Below the pieces are notes generated by a model that was not told where the DNA came from, did not search any database, and was given only the letters and a program-made list of their open reading frames with translations. Below, piece after piece: positions 31,168 to 40,569 of a DNA stretch of 60,277 nucleotides (the stretch's first letter is position 1; the number at the start of each line of letters is the position of its first letter). Source of the DNA: a virus (Duplodnaviria > Caudoviricetes); IMG/VR virus record IMGVR_UViG_3300025128_008224, positions 1 through 60,277 of that record, one strand, 5' to 3'. Both the position numbers and the translations under genes were made by a program.

Positions 31168-31509
31168 TTACTCTCTCTTGTAATCATCCTCAAGTCGCAC
31201 GATATCGTCTTCTCCAAAATAAGTTCCGTGCTGCACTTCAATGAAAATCAACTCTTCATCTGAGTCATTTCCGATTCTGTGTTTGCCGCCTGCAGGAATC
31301 ATAATAACTGTTCCTGGTCGGACTTCTTTTTCCTCGTCGTCCAGGACAGCCTTTCCAGATCCCTTTACAACGGACCAAACTTCATTTCTGTTCTCATGGT
31401 ATTGGTAACTCAACCTGTGGCCCGGATTGACAAAGATCCTCTTTACCTTGCAGTAATCTTCATCGACCAGTACCTCGTATCTTCCCCACGGTCTTTCGTT
31501 CTCGCTCAT
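31168..31509 (-). CDS. Stand-alone mannose-6-phosphate isomerase type II cupin
   Basis: ERPWGRY, VKRIFVNPGHRLSYQYH, HRIGN, FIEVQHGTYFGEDDIVRLEDDY. Confidence 0.88.
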   Translation of the reverse strand: MSENERPWGRYEVLVDEDYCKVKRIFVNPGHRLSYQYHENRNEVWSVVKGSGKAVLDDEEKEVRPGTVIMIPAGGKHRIGNDSDEELIFIEVQHGTYFGEDDIVRLEDDYKRE

Positions 31510-32351
31510 TTCTTCTCCTGAGTGCCTCGCAGTGAGACTAACTTATCCCACTCTCCGCCGCCGATAGAGCGGGGGCCGCCGTCGCCCATCGATCTCTCAA
31601 TGTCGCGGATTCCTTTTACCAACTTGATGAGACCCTGGGGCTCAACAGAAGCCATCTGATCGCTGCCCCACATTGTTCTATCCAAGGTGATGTGTCGTTC
31701 AATCCAAGTGGCTCCCATGGGAATCGTAGCAAAGGTCGTCACGAGTCCAAACTCGTGGCCGCTGTATCCAACTTCGGTGTCTGGGTACTTTTCCTTGAGG
31801 TGGTTGATGTAGTTAAGATTCAATTCATTGATCTTCGAAGGGTAAGACGAGTTCGTGTGAAAAATGACATCAGGTTTCCCAATCCTTACTGCTTCTTCAA
31901 TATCCTTTTCGGTGCTCATTCCAGTCGAGATGAGTAGAAAATCAAACTTGTCTCTCGCATATTCCAGAAGCGGGAGATTCGTGATCAGAGCAGAGGGGAT
32001 CTTTCCAATCCTATTGTATTTTGTCATGAAGTCAACAGAGGGGATATCCCAAACAGAGGCAAACCAGCCGATGCCCACGCTGTTACAGTAATCCTCAATT
32101 GCAGAGTATTCATCTTCCCAGAACTCTGTTCTCTCTTTGTATTCAATATAAGTCATGTCTCCCCACGGAGTTGACTTGTTTTTGTTCTTCTGCGCTTCAG
32201 GAACACAAATGGCCGGCGTTCTCTTCTGAAACTTTACGTAATTGCACCCCGCGACCTTTGCAACATCAATCAAATCCTTGGCAGTCTGTAAGCTGCCATT
32301 GTGATTGATGCCTATTTCTGCAATTACCTTAGTTGTCTTTTTGCCCGTCAT
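31506..32351 (-). CDS. N-acetylneuraminate-synthase family (NeuB/SpsE-like) ulosonate synthase, no C-terminal SAF domain
   Basis: IAEIGINHNG, VKFQKR, GYSGHE, IERHITLDRTMWGSDQ. Only 281 aa, ending just after the TIM barrel. Confidence 0.9.
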   Translation of the reverse strand: MTGKKTTKVIAEIGINHNGSLQTAKDLIDVAKVAGCNYVKFQKRTPAICVPEAQKNKNKSTPWGDMTYIEYKERTEFWEDEYSAIEDYCNSVGIGWFASVWDIPSVDFMTKYNRIGKIPSALITNLPLLEYARDKFDFLLISTGMSTEKDIEEAVRIGKPDVIFHTNSSYPSKINELNLNYINHLKEKYPDTEVGYSGHEFGLVTTFATIPMGATWIERHITLDRTMWGSDQMASVEPQGLIKLVKGIRDIERSMGDGGPRSIGGGEWDKLVSLRGTQEKK

Positions 32352-32988
32352 TTTCTAGAAACCTCTCAAAATCCTTTTTTGTATCCACATCAATTATATC
32401 ATCAATCGGATGAAACATTGTATTCTTATTATACAACTGATTGTTTAGTTTTTTTACCTCTGATGCTTTAAATATGCAAATAAAGTGACTTAATTCAAAA
32501 CATTCTGGGTATTCTTGGCGGCGATATAACTCATGCTCCACCACCTGCTTTCCTTTGCCCCCTTCTTTTTTATAGAGAGTCATATAAGGATGAGTCTTTG
32601 GCCTCTTGCTGCACAAAAGAGAGTTTGCTCTTGAATTTGCAAACAAGGAATAAATAAATGTAATGTTGTCATAAGTTCTTTCTGGATAAGTCATATAAAG
32701 TACCACCACTGTGTCGTCTTTACCTATCTTCTTTTCCTTGATTACATTTTGTACCACGTCTTTCATTGAGGTTTCGTCTTGAGATAATTCCTCTGAACGT
32801 TTTAATATGTTCATTTTGTGTTTCTTGGCCTCGCCTAGGATAAAATCATCATTGGTTGTCACGATAACTTTTGACGCAAAATACCAAGGAATTTGTTCGA
32901 ACGCATAACTGCACAACTTCCTGTTCTTGCGAGGGAACCCTCTAGAATCTTTCCTAGCTGGAATTATAAACCAAGTATTATCAAACAC
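32329..32988 (-). CDS. Acylneuraminate cytidylyltransferase (NeuA/CMP-ulosonate synthetase family)
   Basis: IIPARKDSRGFPRKN, RSEELSQD, TYPER, RRQEYP, IDVDTKKDF. Confidence 0.88.
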   Translation of the reverse strand: MFDNTWFIIPARKDSRGFPRKNRKLCSYAFEQIPWYFASKVIVTTNDDFILGEAKKHKMNILKRSEELSQDETSMKDVVQNVIKEKKIGKDDTVVVLYMTYPERTYDNITFIYSLFANSRANSLLCSKRPKTHPYMTLYKKEGGKGKQVVEHELYRRQEYPECFELSHFICIFKASEVKKLNNQLYNKNTMFHPIDDIIDVDTKKDFERFLENDGQKDN

Positions 32989-32990
32989 TT

Positions 32991-34709
32991 TTACATCTCC
33001 AAAATGTTTTCTAACTGATCAGCATCAATATGTTCTCTCGCCTTAAGAAAGGTATCCATGGGCATGGCTCCAAAGTTCAGCGGAACACCATCTTCGTTGT
33101 GAAGCACCTTTGTGGCATCATCTAATTCCAAAACATAGGTGTGAAATGCATCGTCGATCAGAGGATCTCCGTTCGGATCAAACGAGATTCCAAAGTTATC
33201 TGTCAGCAGCTTTCTAACGCGGCGGTCTTTAAACATTGCAGTTCCAGGATATGCTGTCGCTGTAAACATCTTTCTGTTTACAGAGTCGAACATTATATTA
33301 TACTCATCTGAGCCCGGTGTCAACCCTTTTGTCATATATTGCTGTTGCCATGTAATAAATGCGACACTGGTCTTAAGGTGTTCTAGGGCTTCACCAGGAT
33401 ATGCCATGATCCAAGTACAGTTCGCATGGATGTTTGCTGCGTTACAATTCTTGACTGCATTGACCATTGTCGTGGGGAATTGATAAGTCTTTCCATTTAC
33501 TTTTGTCGGAGTCATTCCGTTCTTTAGAATAAACCCACCCTTCTTCATTTCCGTTAACGTGTGTTCAGATGCGGATTCAGCCCCAAAACCAATATATACA
33601 CAGCCGGCTTCGGCCATCTTGAACGCCCTCTCGTCTGCCTCATCCATTCTGGTGTGAGTACCCCACGTAATGTCTAGGCCGTAATCCTTGAACACTTTCG
33701 GTAGAAGATCGATTCTCCTCTTGTCAACTGCGAAATTATCGTCAACAAAACCAAGAAAATCAATATTGTATTTATCAACATACTCTCTGGCTTGTGTGGC
33801 CACATGTTCTGCAGACCTCATCCCATAGTTTCTCTCACCTTGGGCACCTCTGTAGCAAAAGGCGCATGCATAGGGGCAGCCTCGACTGCTCACGGTCGAC
33901 AAGCTTCTGTCCATTGTAAACGGAGTGGCCGAACTATTGTTGGCCGCTGTGCCCCAGATTGGTACATTGATATACCATTCCAAAAGGTTGTTTCCATATG
34001 GATCATTTTCAAGCAGGTCCCATGCCGCGAACGGGAGGCTGTCTAAATACTTTGGTCTATTGCCGCCGTACACAAATCTGTGTCGGCCGTCAAGCTCACC
34101 TTTATAATAGGGCGTAAGTGAATCTGTGTCAATCGCTCTTTGGAGTCCCTTCTCTTTGATTACCTTACCGTCCTTGCAGATGGCCAGGATTACGTCGTCG
34201 CCTTCTGAATGAGCAACGGCATCCAACTCTGGGATCCACTTGAACAAACCTTCTTTGATTTCTGTGGCTAGGCCGTTTCCCGATACCAAAAGACAATTTG
34301 GAAGATGTTTCTTTACAATCTTGGCCATCTGTTCTTGCCAGCGCAAGGTTGTGATGATACCAGAGAAGGCAACGACGTCAACTTCACCAACTTGTTCCAA
34401 GTGAGTTAGAAACAAATCTTCTACCTCTTTGTAAGACATGTGCCTGCCGTTGGACAGCTTTTGTTTTATAGATCTACCATCTACAATTCTATATGCATTC
34501 AAATCCAGAATATAAGGATCTGCGCCATAGTCCCTTACAATGGAAGCCAGGATGCCGGGGCCTTCGGGGGCAACATTGGGCTTTGCGTTTTCACGGAGAG
34601 GCATGTTAATAAACGTTACCTTGAGCCCCTTGAGAGAGTTGGAGCCCATGTCCGAAACAACATCTGCCGGATGTGAAACTTTGTTACCAATAATTGGAAT
34701 ACTAGACAC
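32991..34709 (-). CDS. Cobalamin-binding radical SAM enzyme (class B methyltransferase-like)
   Basis: B12-binding N-terminal domain (PEGPGILAS, SEGD); SSRGCPYACAFC; FVDDNF; GAESAS. Confidence 0.88.
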   Translation of the reverse strand: MSSIPIIGNKVSHPADVVSDMGSNSLKGLKVTFINMPLRENAKPNVAPEGPGILASIVRDYGADPYILDLNAYRIVDGRSIKQKLSNGRHMSYKEVEDLFLTHLEQVGEVDVVAFSGIITTLRWQEQMAKIVKKHLPNCLLVSGNGLATEIKEGLFKWIPELDAVAHSEGDDVILAICKDGKVIKEKGLQRAIDTDSLTPYYKGELDGRHRFVYGGNRPKYLDSLPFAAWDLLENDPYGNNLLEWYINVPIWGTAANNSSATPFTMDRSLSTVSSRGCPYACAFCYRGAQGERNYGMRSAEHVATQAREYVDKYNIDFLGFVDDNFAVDKRRIDLLPKVFKDYGLDITWGTHTRMDEADERAFKMAEAGCVYIGFGAESASEHTLTEMKKGGFILKNGMTPTKVNGKTYQFPTTMVNAVKNCNAANIHANCTWIMAYPGEALEHLKTSVAFITWQQQYMTKGLTPGSDEYNIMFDSVNRKMFTATAYPGTAMFKDRRVRKLLTDNFGISFDPNGDPLIDDAFHTYVLELDDATKVLHNEDGVPLNFGAMPMDTFLKAREHIDADQLENILEM

Positions 34710-35583
34710 TTTCTATTTCTCCGATCTCGAAGATATTATACCATGAATCTTTGTTTAGGTTTATGATTTTAATATTTTTCTTCTTGGCGCTTTCGGCAAT
34801 TATACGCAGATCGTTTAAAAGATTTTCGCGGACTCCATCCAACTTGAAACCAAGAGAGGGGACGTGTCTCGATTCATCTGCATATCCTTTATGATAGTCC
34901 AGGTCGGCGCCGGTTACATAAATGGGATTACACCCCATTATAATAGCAAACGAAAGCATGTGGAACAATACTGTGTCACCAGTGCTGTAATGTTCTTCGT
35001 GGTCTGTGTACTTTTGTAGTTCTTCTTGGATTGTTAATCTGTTTTTGGAAGCCCTCTTACAGCAGTTTCCTTGGCGGCCAATGCCATGGCTTAGAATACC
35101 AGAAAACCCTGCGCCATCTTTGTAGCGAGGGGAAGCCCACATGGTCTTGTTATTTCCGTATGCGTCGAAATCAAAGTTCTTATTCTCCATTACATGATTT
35201 CTAAAGGCGGTAACAATATCTTTACAGGCATGCCCATTGAAGTGTCTTTGGTCATATCCATGGTATTCGCACTTTATGTTCTTCTTGATAAATGAATAAT
35301 CTGTGAGATCTACTGAATCGGCAAAAAGAACTGGGACATTGAAGCGGTTGATGTGCTCTTCCATGCTACGCATTGTTCTCTCTGTGTTTGCCAGGATCCA
35401 ATAGTCTGGAGCATTATCGAAGATACCAAGCCAGTCATTGGGAGAAAATCTAAGAAGTTTATTCTCGGCTTGAAGATTTAGTATTTGTTCTTTAACTGGA
35501 TTTAAGCTTGGGCCATGGCAGGCGATGACTGCTGGCTTATCTTTCTCTCTATCAATGAGGTTATCAATCTTGATCTCGGGCAT
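34702..35583 (-). CDS. Maf / DUF115 (MptE-like fold) putative nonulosonate glycosyltransferase
   Basis: PAVIACHGPSL and TVLFHMLSFAIIMGCNPIYVTGADL motifs; sits beside NeuA/NeuB. Confidence 0.7.
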   Translation of the reverse strand: MPEIKIDNLIDREKDKPAVIACHGPSLNPVKEQILNLQAENKLLRFSPNDWLGIFDNAPDYWILANTERTMRSMEEHINRFNVPVLFADSVDLTDYSFIKKNIKCEYHGYDQRHFNGHACKDIVTAFRNHVMENKNFDFDAYGNNKTMWASPRYKDGAGFSGILSHGIGRQGNCCKRASKNRLTIQEELQKYTDHEEHYSTGDTVLFHMLSFAIIMGCNPIYVTGADLDYHKGYADESRHVPSLGFKLDGVRENLLNDLRIIAESAKKKNIKIINLNKDSWYNIFEIGEIESV

Positions 35584-35584
35584 T

Positions 35585-36550
35585 CTACCACCTGAAGTTA
35601 TACCACTTTTTACAATGCTCTACAATCTTTTGGACCTCTTCATCGAAGTTCTTTTCAGGCTTCCACCCCAAGCTTCTAAGTTTTGAGTCGTCCAAAGAAT
35701 ATCTTACATCCTGGCCTTTTCTGGAATATGTAAAGTCAACGTAATCTTTCCAATCGGACTCAAGCATTGGTCCGTAATAAGATTTGATGATCTTCTCTAC
35801 TGTGTCGCGGTTACTTTGCTCAAAGCCGCCGGCCACATTATAAATCTCGTTGACGTTGCCGGAGTCGATAATGGAAAGAACCGCTTCGGCTGTGTCAGAT
35901 GCATGTAGCCAGTTTCTAATTGGATCACCATTGTCATGCAGGCGAATCTTCTTTCCTCTCTGTAGAAGCTTTACAGAAAGAGGTACCAGCTTCTCGGGAT
36001 ACTGGCCAATACCATAGTTGTTTGTTGGCCGCAGGATAATGTATTCCAGATCATAAGTTCTTGCCCAAGCAAACACCAACATGTCAGCGGCCGCTTTGGC
36101 GGCTGAGTACGGATTGCTGGGCTCTAGAAGGTCTTTCTCGGTGTGTGCCCCTTCTGTAATGTCTCCATATACCTCGTCTGTGCTGAAGTGAAAGAAGATT
36201 GGGCGCTTGGAACAGTTTGCCTGCTTGAATCTAATCAGATCCAGGAGATTCTTTGTGCCAACAATATTGCTGTCGATAAAAGAATCGCTATTGACAATAC
36301 TGTTCCCCACATGAGACTCGGCGGCGGTGTTGATTACATAATCACAATCATACAAGTGATCCAAGTCTTTGATGTCACATTCCTTGAATGCAAAGTTGCG
36401 ATGCTTCTTAAGTTCATCAAGCATTTCCATGTTGGCGGCATATGTGCATTTATCAATACCATACACCTTCCAACCTCTTTTCAAGCACTTCTTGGCCACG
36501 TATGATCCAATGAAGCCCAAACATCCAGTAACATATACAATCTTGTTCAT
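35585..36550 (-). CDS. rfbB: dTDP-glucose 4,6-dehydratase-like (RmlB)
   Basis: VTGCLGFIGS, DKCTYAAN, AAESHV, FSTDEVYG, PSNPYSAAKA, NNYGIGQYPEK. Confidence 0.85.
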   Translation of the reverse strand: MNKIVYVTGCLGFIGSYVAKKCLKRGWKVYGIDKCTYAANMEMLDELKKHRNFAFKECDIKDLDHLYDCDYVINTAAESHVGNSIVNSDSFIDSNIVGTKNLLDLIRFKQANCSKRPIFFHFSTDEVYGDITEGAHTEKDLLEPSNPYSAAKAAADMLVFAWARTYDLEYIILRPTNNYGIGQYPEKLVPLSVKLLQRGKKIRLHDNGDPIRNWLHASDTAEAVLSIIDSGNVNEIYNVAGGFEQSNRDTVEKIIKSYYGPMLESDWKDYVDFTYSRKGQDVRYSLDDSKLRSLGWKPEKNFDEEVQKIVEHCKKWYNFRW

Positions 36551-37893
36551 CTAACCTTTTCCTCAAAGAAGACGTCTACAACCTTCTTGATGTAGTCAAG
36601 CTTTTCGTCTGTTATGCCGGCAAAAGTTCCCAAGAAGAAAGAATTGGTGGTTACCAAGTGGGCAACCGGGAATGTTTTATCAAGGCTTCCATATGGGCCA
36701 CGAAGGGCGTGATATCCAGGGTGGTACAGAATGTTTCCAGAAAAGTATGACCGCGTTTGAATCTTGCAGTCTTCCAAGAAGGAAACAATATCCTGTCGGC
36801 TGAACGGCGCGTCTTCTTTGATTGTCAGCAAGAATGCAAACCAATTCGGATCTGACTTATCATTTGCCTTTGGAAGATGGAAGTTTTCGTTGTATGGTTC
36901 GAATATGGCCGAGAGCTTTGCAAAGTTGTCTCGCCTTGCTTGATCAAGCTCAGGGAGCTTTTTGATTTGTTCTAAACCCATGGCAGCCTGAAGCTCTAGG
37001 GGCTTGAGGTTGAATCCGATTTCATCAAAGACATAGCGATGGTCGTATGTGAAATCAGGAAGGTCGGGGAGCCATGCTTGGAATCTGTTTCCACAAGCAG
37101 AGGCAGCCGTAACGTTGCCTGGCCTTCCTGTGTTGCAATAGCATGCACGACCCCAGTCTCTAAAACTAGCAATTGCTTTTCTAACCTTTGGGTCATCTGT
37201 TGCAATGAAACCGCCCTCGCCCAAGGTCATGTGGTGGGCAGGGAAGAAAGAGCAAGTGGAAATGTGCCCAAATGAACCAAGCGGTTTGCCATCGTATTCT
37301 GATCCGAGGCCATCGCAAGTATCCTCAATGAAAATGAGATCATGGTCTTTTACAATTTGCATTACACGATCCATGTCAGGTGGATTACCCAGAACGTGTG
37401 CAAAAACAATTCCTCTGATCGAAGGATCCTTCTTAAGTACAGCCTCAACCTGATCCAAATCCAAGTTTAGATCTGGCAAAGTCACGTCGACGAATACTGG
37501 TTCAAAGCCGTTTTGAATTAGCGGATTGACCGTGGTCGGGAAGCACACGACCGGAGTGATGAACTTCGCTCCAGGCTGGAGGTCATAAAGGTATCGTGAT
37601 TTCAAAGCAGAAATGGCCAAAAGATTAGCCGAGCTACCTGAGTTTGTTAGTGAGCCGAATCTCTTACCCATGAGGTGGGGGAATTCCATCTCAAACTCTC
37701 TTGCCTTCTTTCCGAAGATCAACCACTCATCAAGCAGATTATCAATGGCGGCCACATATTCGTCACCATCGAAGACAGGGCCGGAATAAGCTAGCCAATC
37801 TTCTCCAGCTTTCCAGCTTGAAGCGTCTCTCTTTTCTGTAACGTACTCTCTTACGAGATTCAAAATTTGTTGTTTCTTTTCTTCAATTGACAT
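36547..37893 (-). CDS. rfbH: CDP-4-keto-6-deoxy-D-glucose 3-dehydrase (RfbH/DdhC, E1)
   Basis: NSGSSANLLA; FFPAHHMTLGEGG (His in place of the aminotransferase Lys); RDWGRACYC...C cluster; YDHRY. Confidence 0.9.
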   Translation of the reverse strand: MSIEEKKQQILNLVREYVTEKRDASSWKAGEDWLAYSGPVFDGDEYVAAIDNLLDEWLIFGKKAREFEMEFPHLMGKRFGSLTNSGSSANLLAISALKSRYLYDLQPGAKFITPVVCFPTTVNPLIQNGFEPVFVDVTLPDLNLDLDQVEAVLKKDPSIRGIVFAHVLGNPPDMDRVMQIVKDHDLIFIEDTCDGLGSEYDGKPLGSFGHISTCSFFPAHHMTLGEGGFIATDDPKVRKAIASFRDWGRACYCNTGRPGNVTAASACGNRFQAWLPDLPDFTYDHRYVFDEIGFNLKPLELQAAMGLEQIKKLPELDQARRDNFAKLSAIFEPYNENFHLPKANDKSDPNWFAFLLTIKEDAPFSRQDIVSFLEDCKIQTRSYFSGNILYHPGYHALRGPYGSLDKTFPVAHLVTTNSFFLGTFAGITDEKLDYIKKVVDVFFEEKVR

Positions 37894-38737
37894 TTTGTGC
37901 CTCTACGATACTATCATACACTTCTTTTATGCCTTTTTTTAGTCCAATTAATTCTAAATCAAGTGCTTCAAGCTTTTTGCCGCATCCAGTATACGAAGAA
38001 GCTTTTTCCTTATCATTAACGGTTATTTTTATATGGTTGTCACCAACTCTATCGATTGTGTTTGCCACATCCATTAAGCTGTACTTACGACTATAACATA
38101 GATTTAGATCCTTCGGAAGGTTTTTACCTAGGTTTTCAATATAGTGGGTAACAACTTTATACAGATCCTTGACATAAAAGAAGTCCATTTCTCTATCCTG
38201 GTGGATTTCTATTGGTTTTCCGTCCAAAGCCTTAAGAATAGAGGCCTTGATCATTCTATCACTGTCTTCCTTAGCGCCGAAGCAGCCAAAAAGCCTAAAG
38301 TTTATAATGTTTGTATACATTTCCGCGATTTGTTTCGCTATAATACTTTTCGACAAACCATAATAGTCCTTGGGATATCTTTCATGTATTTGCTCCTCTG
38401 TCATGTTTGATATGTCCTGAGTTCTATCAAACTCTGCCCCGGATCCGAAGTTAATCATTAACTTATATTTGCTGCAGTTTTTTCTAAGGTTTTCAAACAT
38501 GGTTATGTTTTTGAACATGTTGATATGAGTATCCGGCTGGTTGCGCCTTCCGCCCTTTACGGCTGTGTGGATAACAACATCGACATCGCGATCATTTAGG
38601 AATGAAGCTACCTGTTCAGGATCCATTACATCCAGATTATCTCTGTTCGTCGCAATTACATTATAACCATCGCTCTCAAAGAGAGGGATCAACTCTCTTC
38701 CTAGAAAACCATTGCATCCAGTGATTAATATATTCAT
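37883..38737 (-). CDS. NAD-dependent sugar epimerase/reductase (extended SDR)
   Basis: Likely start MNILITGCNGFLG at 38737; FGSGAE; YGLSK (YxxxK). Confidence 0.88.
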   Translation of the reverse strand: MNILITGCNGFLGRELIPLFESDGYNVIATNRDNLDVMDPEQVASFLNDRDVDVVIHTAVKGGRRNQPDTHINMFKNITMFENLRKNCSKYKLMINFGSGAEFDRTQDISNMTEEQIHERYPKDYYGLSKSIIAKQIAEMYTNIINFRLFGCFGAKEDSDRMIKASILKALDGKPIEIHQDREMDFFYVKDLYKVVTHYIENLGKNLPKDLNLCYSRKYSLMDVANTIDRVGDNHIKITVNDKEKASSYTGCGKKLEALDLELIGLKKGIKEVYDSIVEAQNVN

Positions 38738-39210
38738 CTTTTCAAGTTCAAATAACAAGGAGAGTCACCATATAAAAACTCAGGCAACAAATCCTTTAGC
38801 TCCTCTTCGGTTTCCGGATGATATGTTGTTATGTTATCAAAACAAGACATGATTTTCTTATCATCCTCGGCCCAGTGGGAGAAGCCAAGATATCCATAAT
38901 CTTGGTCTCTTCCGCCACCTACTAACTTAACAGGGATCTTTTCATGGTTCAAGTAATTTCTAATCAACTCAAACGGACGGTAAAGTAAAAACGGAGTAAT
39001 TGAGTAAACCACGGGGATCTTGTTTTCCATCGCTAATCCAACTGACGTTCCAATCATCAACTGTTCAGCAGAGCCAACATTGTGGTAGCGATCCTGATAT
39101 CTTCCTCTTATTTTGTCCCAGAGACCATAGCCTAAGTCGCCGGTGAGCAGATAGATATCCTGGTTTTTAGACATCTCCTCATGCAGAAGTTTAGCGAATG
39201 ACTTTCTCAT
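38734..39210 (-). CDS. Transketolase-like pyrimidine-binding subunit
   Basis: Likely start MRKSFAK at 39210; LTGDLG, NVGSAEQLMIG, YSITPFL, GFSHWA. Lacks the usual third (C-terminal) transketolase domain. Confidence 0.85.
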   Translation of the reverse strand: MRKSFAKLLHEEMSKNQDIYLLTGDLGYGLWDKIRGRYQDRYHNVGSAEQLMIGTSVGLAMENKIPVVYSITPFLLYRPFELIRNYLNHEKIPVKLVGGGRDQDYGYLGFSHWAEDDKKIMSCFDNITTYHPETEEELKDLLPEFLYGDSPCYLNLKR

Positions 39211-39859
39211 CGAACTCCCGGTATCTTTTGAGGCCTGCTTTTGCCAAGTTGTAATCCTCTTCACTCATTATGTGATAATGTGCGTTCAACCCTCTCAAAA
39301 ACGGAAACTGCTCTACGGAAGTGTATCTCAGATTAATCTTGGGATGAAATGCCTTCAATCTTTTTGTCAAGTACTTTACATCAACTTCATCATAAGCCGC
39401 GTACCCATTTATATTAACATAAACTTTTAGATTTGTCAATTTATTTTCTTCAATAAATCTCAACGCTTCCCAGATTGAACCCTCTGCGCTTTCGCCATCA
39501 CTTATCAGGCAGTAAACATCTCTGTCGGGGTTGGCCAATGCTCTACCGACAGCTACCGTTAATCCCATTCCCAGGCTTCCAGTGGAGCAATAAAGTTTGT
39601 TTTCCTCGTCGCGATGCGGATGGCCGCCGTGCTTTTTAAAGAGTTTTTCTGCGTCTATCCCATGATATTTTTCAACCACAACGTAAAGAGCTAGAGCAGC
39701 GTGGCCTGAAGATAGAATGAATATGTCGTCTTCTTTCATGTTTGAATACATTTCATCTATTATTTCCAACGCTGAAAAGTAGCTTCCCAAGTGGGATAAA
39801 CGGTTGGAGTGCGCTATGTCTAAAACTCTTTCTTTTAAAGATTCCACTTTTCTCTCCAA
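39191..39859 (-). CDS. Transketolase-like thiamine-diphosphate-binding subunit
   Basis: SHLGS, FILSSGHA, GHP, STGSLGMG, and ThDP motif SDGESAEG...NINGY. The real start may be the GTG at 39847. Confidence 0.87.
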   Translation of the reverse strand: MERKVESLKERVLDIAHSNRLSHLGSYFSALEIIDEMYSNMKEDDIFILSSGHAALALYVVVEKYHGIDAEKLFKKHGGHPHRDEENKLYCSTGSLGMGLTVAVGRALANPDRDVYCLISDGESAEGSIWEALRFIEENKLTNLKVYVNINGYAAYDEVDVKYLTKRLKAFHPKINLRYTSVEQFPFLRGLNAHYHIMSEEDYNLAKAGLKRYREFDEKVIR

Positions 39860-40569
39860 TAATCTTGAATCATCTTATCATAGTTTGTGGGTTCTTTTAT
39901 AACATTCCATGTAGCCTGACCTTCGTGCCATCGATAGTAATAGCCAGTCCAGCGATTGCCTGGCCAAATAAACACCTCTTTGTCAGCCAATCTACAATAT
40001 AGGTCGTAGTCTGCGGCGCCTCCGTATTTTTCAGGGTGAGTTACCAGGAGGCCATCGTCGAACAGTTTTCTGTTGAAAACCACGGTGGGACTATTGGCCG
40101 GGCACTTCTCCATTGTTGCTGATTTAAACTCAGCGAGGGAGGAATAAGAGTGAGACATGTCTGCCATGCTTTGTAGGGTGGCGCCAAGGTCGTTAATGTT
40201 TCTAATTGGACTTTGGAACGCAAAGATCTTATCTGGTGCACTCATTATAAACTTTAAACAGTCACTCACATAATCTTTGTCCAAAACATCATCTGCCGCC
40301 AAAGTGAACAAATACTGCCCCGTGGACAACTCAAACCCCTTGCCGCGTGCCTCATCCCAACAGTTTGGGTAAATATTGGGAGCGGAGTCCAGCTTGAGAT
40401 TGGGATGTATCTTTTGTAACTCTTCTAACATGGCGACGGTCGAGTCCGTACTCTCATTATCAACTGCGATTACCTCCACGTCTTCGTGGGTCTGATTTAG
40501 GGCAGACATAACACATTCGTTAATCCATTTTTCCGCGTTATAACAAGGTATGATTATGCTAGCTTTCAA
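39835..40569 (-). CDS. GT2-family glycosyltransferase
   Basis: SIIIPCYNAEKWI, VDNESTD, LAADD, DYDLYCR. Confidence 0.92.
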   Translation of the reverse strand: MKASIIIPCYNAEKWINECVMSALNQTHEDVEVIAVDNESTDSTVAMLEELQKIHPNLKLDSAPNIYPNCWDEARGKGFELSTGQYLFTLAADDVLDKDYVSDCLKFIMSAPDKIFAFQSPIRNINDLGATLQSMADMSHSYSSLAEFKSATMEKCPANSPTVVFNRKLFDDGLLVTHPEKYGGAADYDLYCRLADKEVFIWPGNRWTGYYYRWHEGQATWNVIKEPTNYDKMIQDYWREKWNL

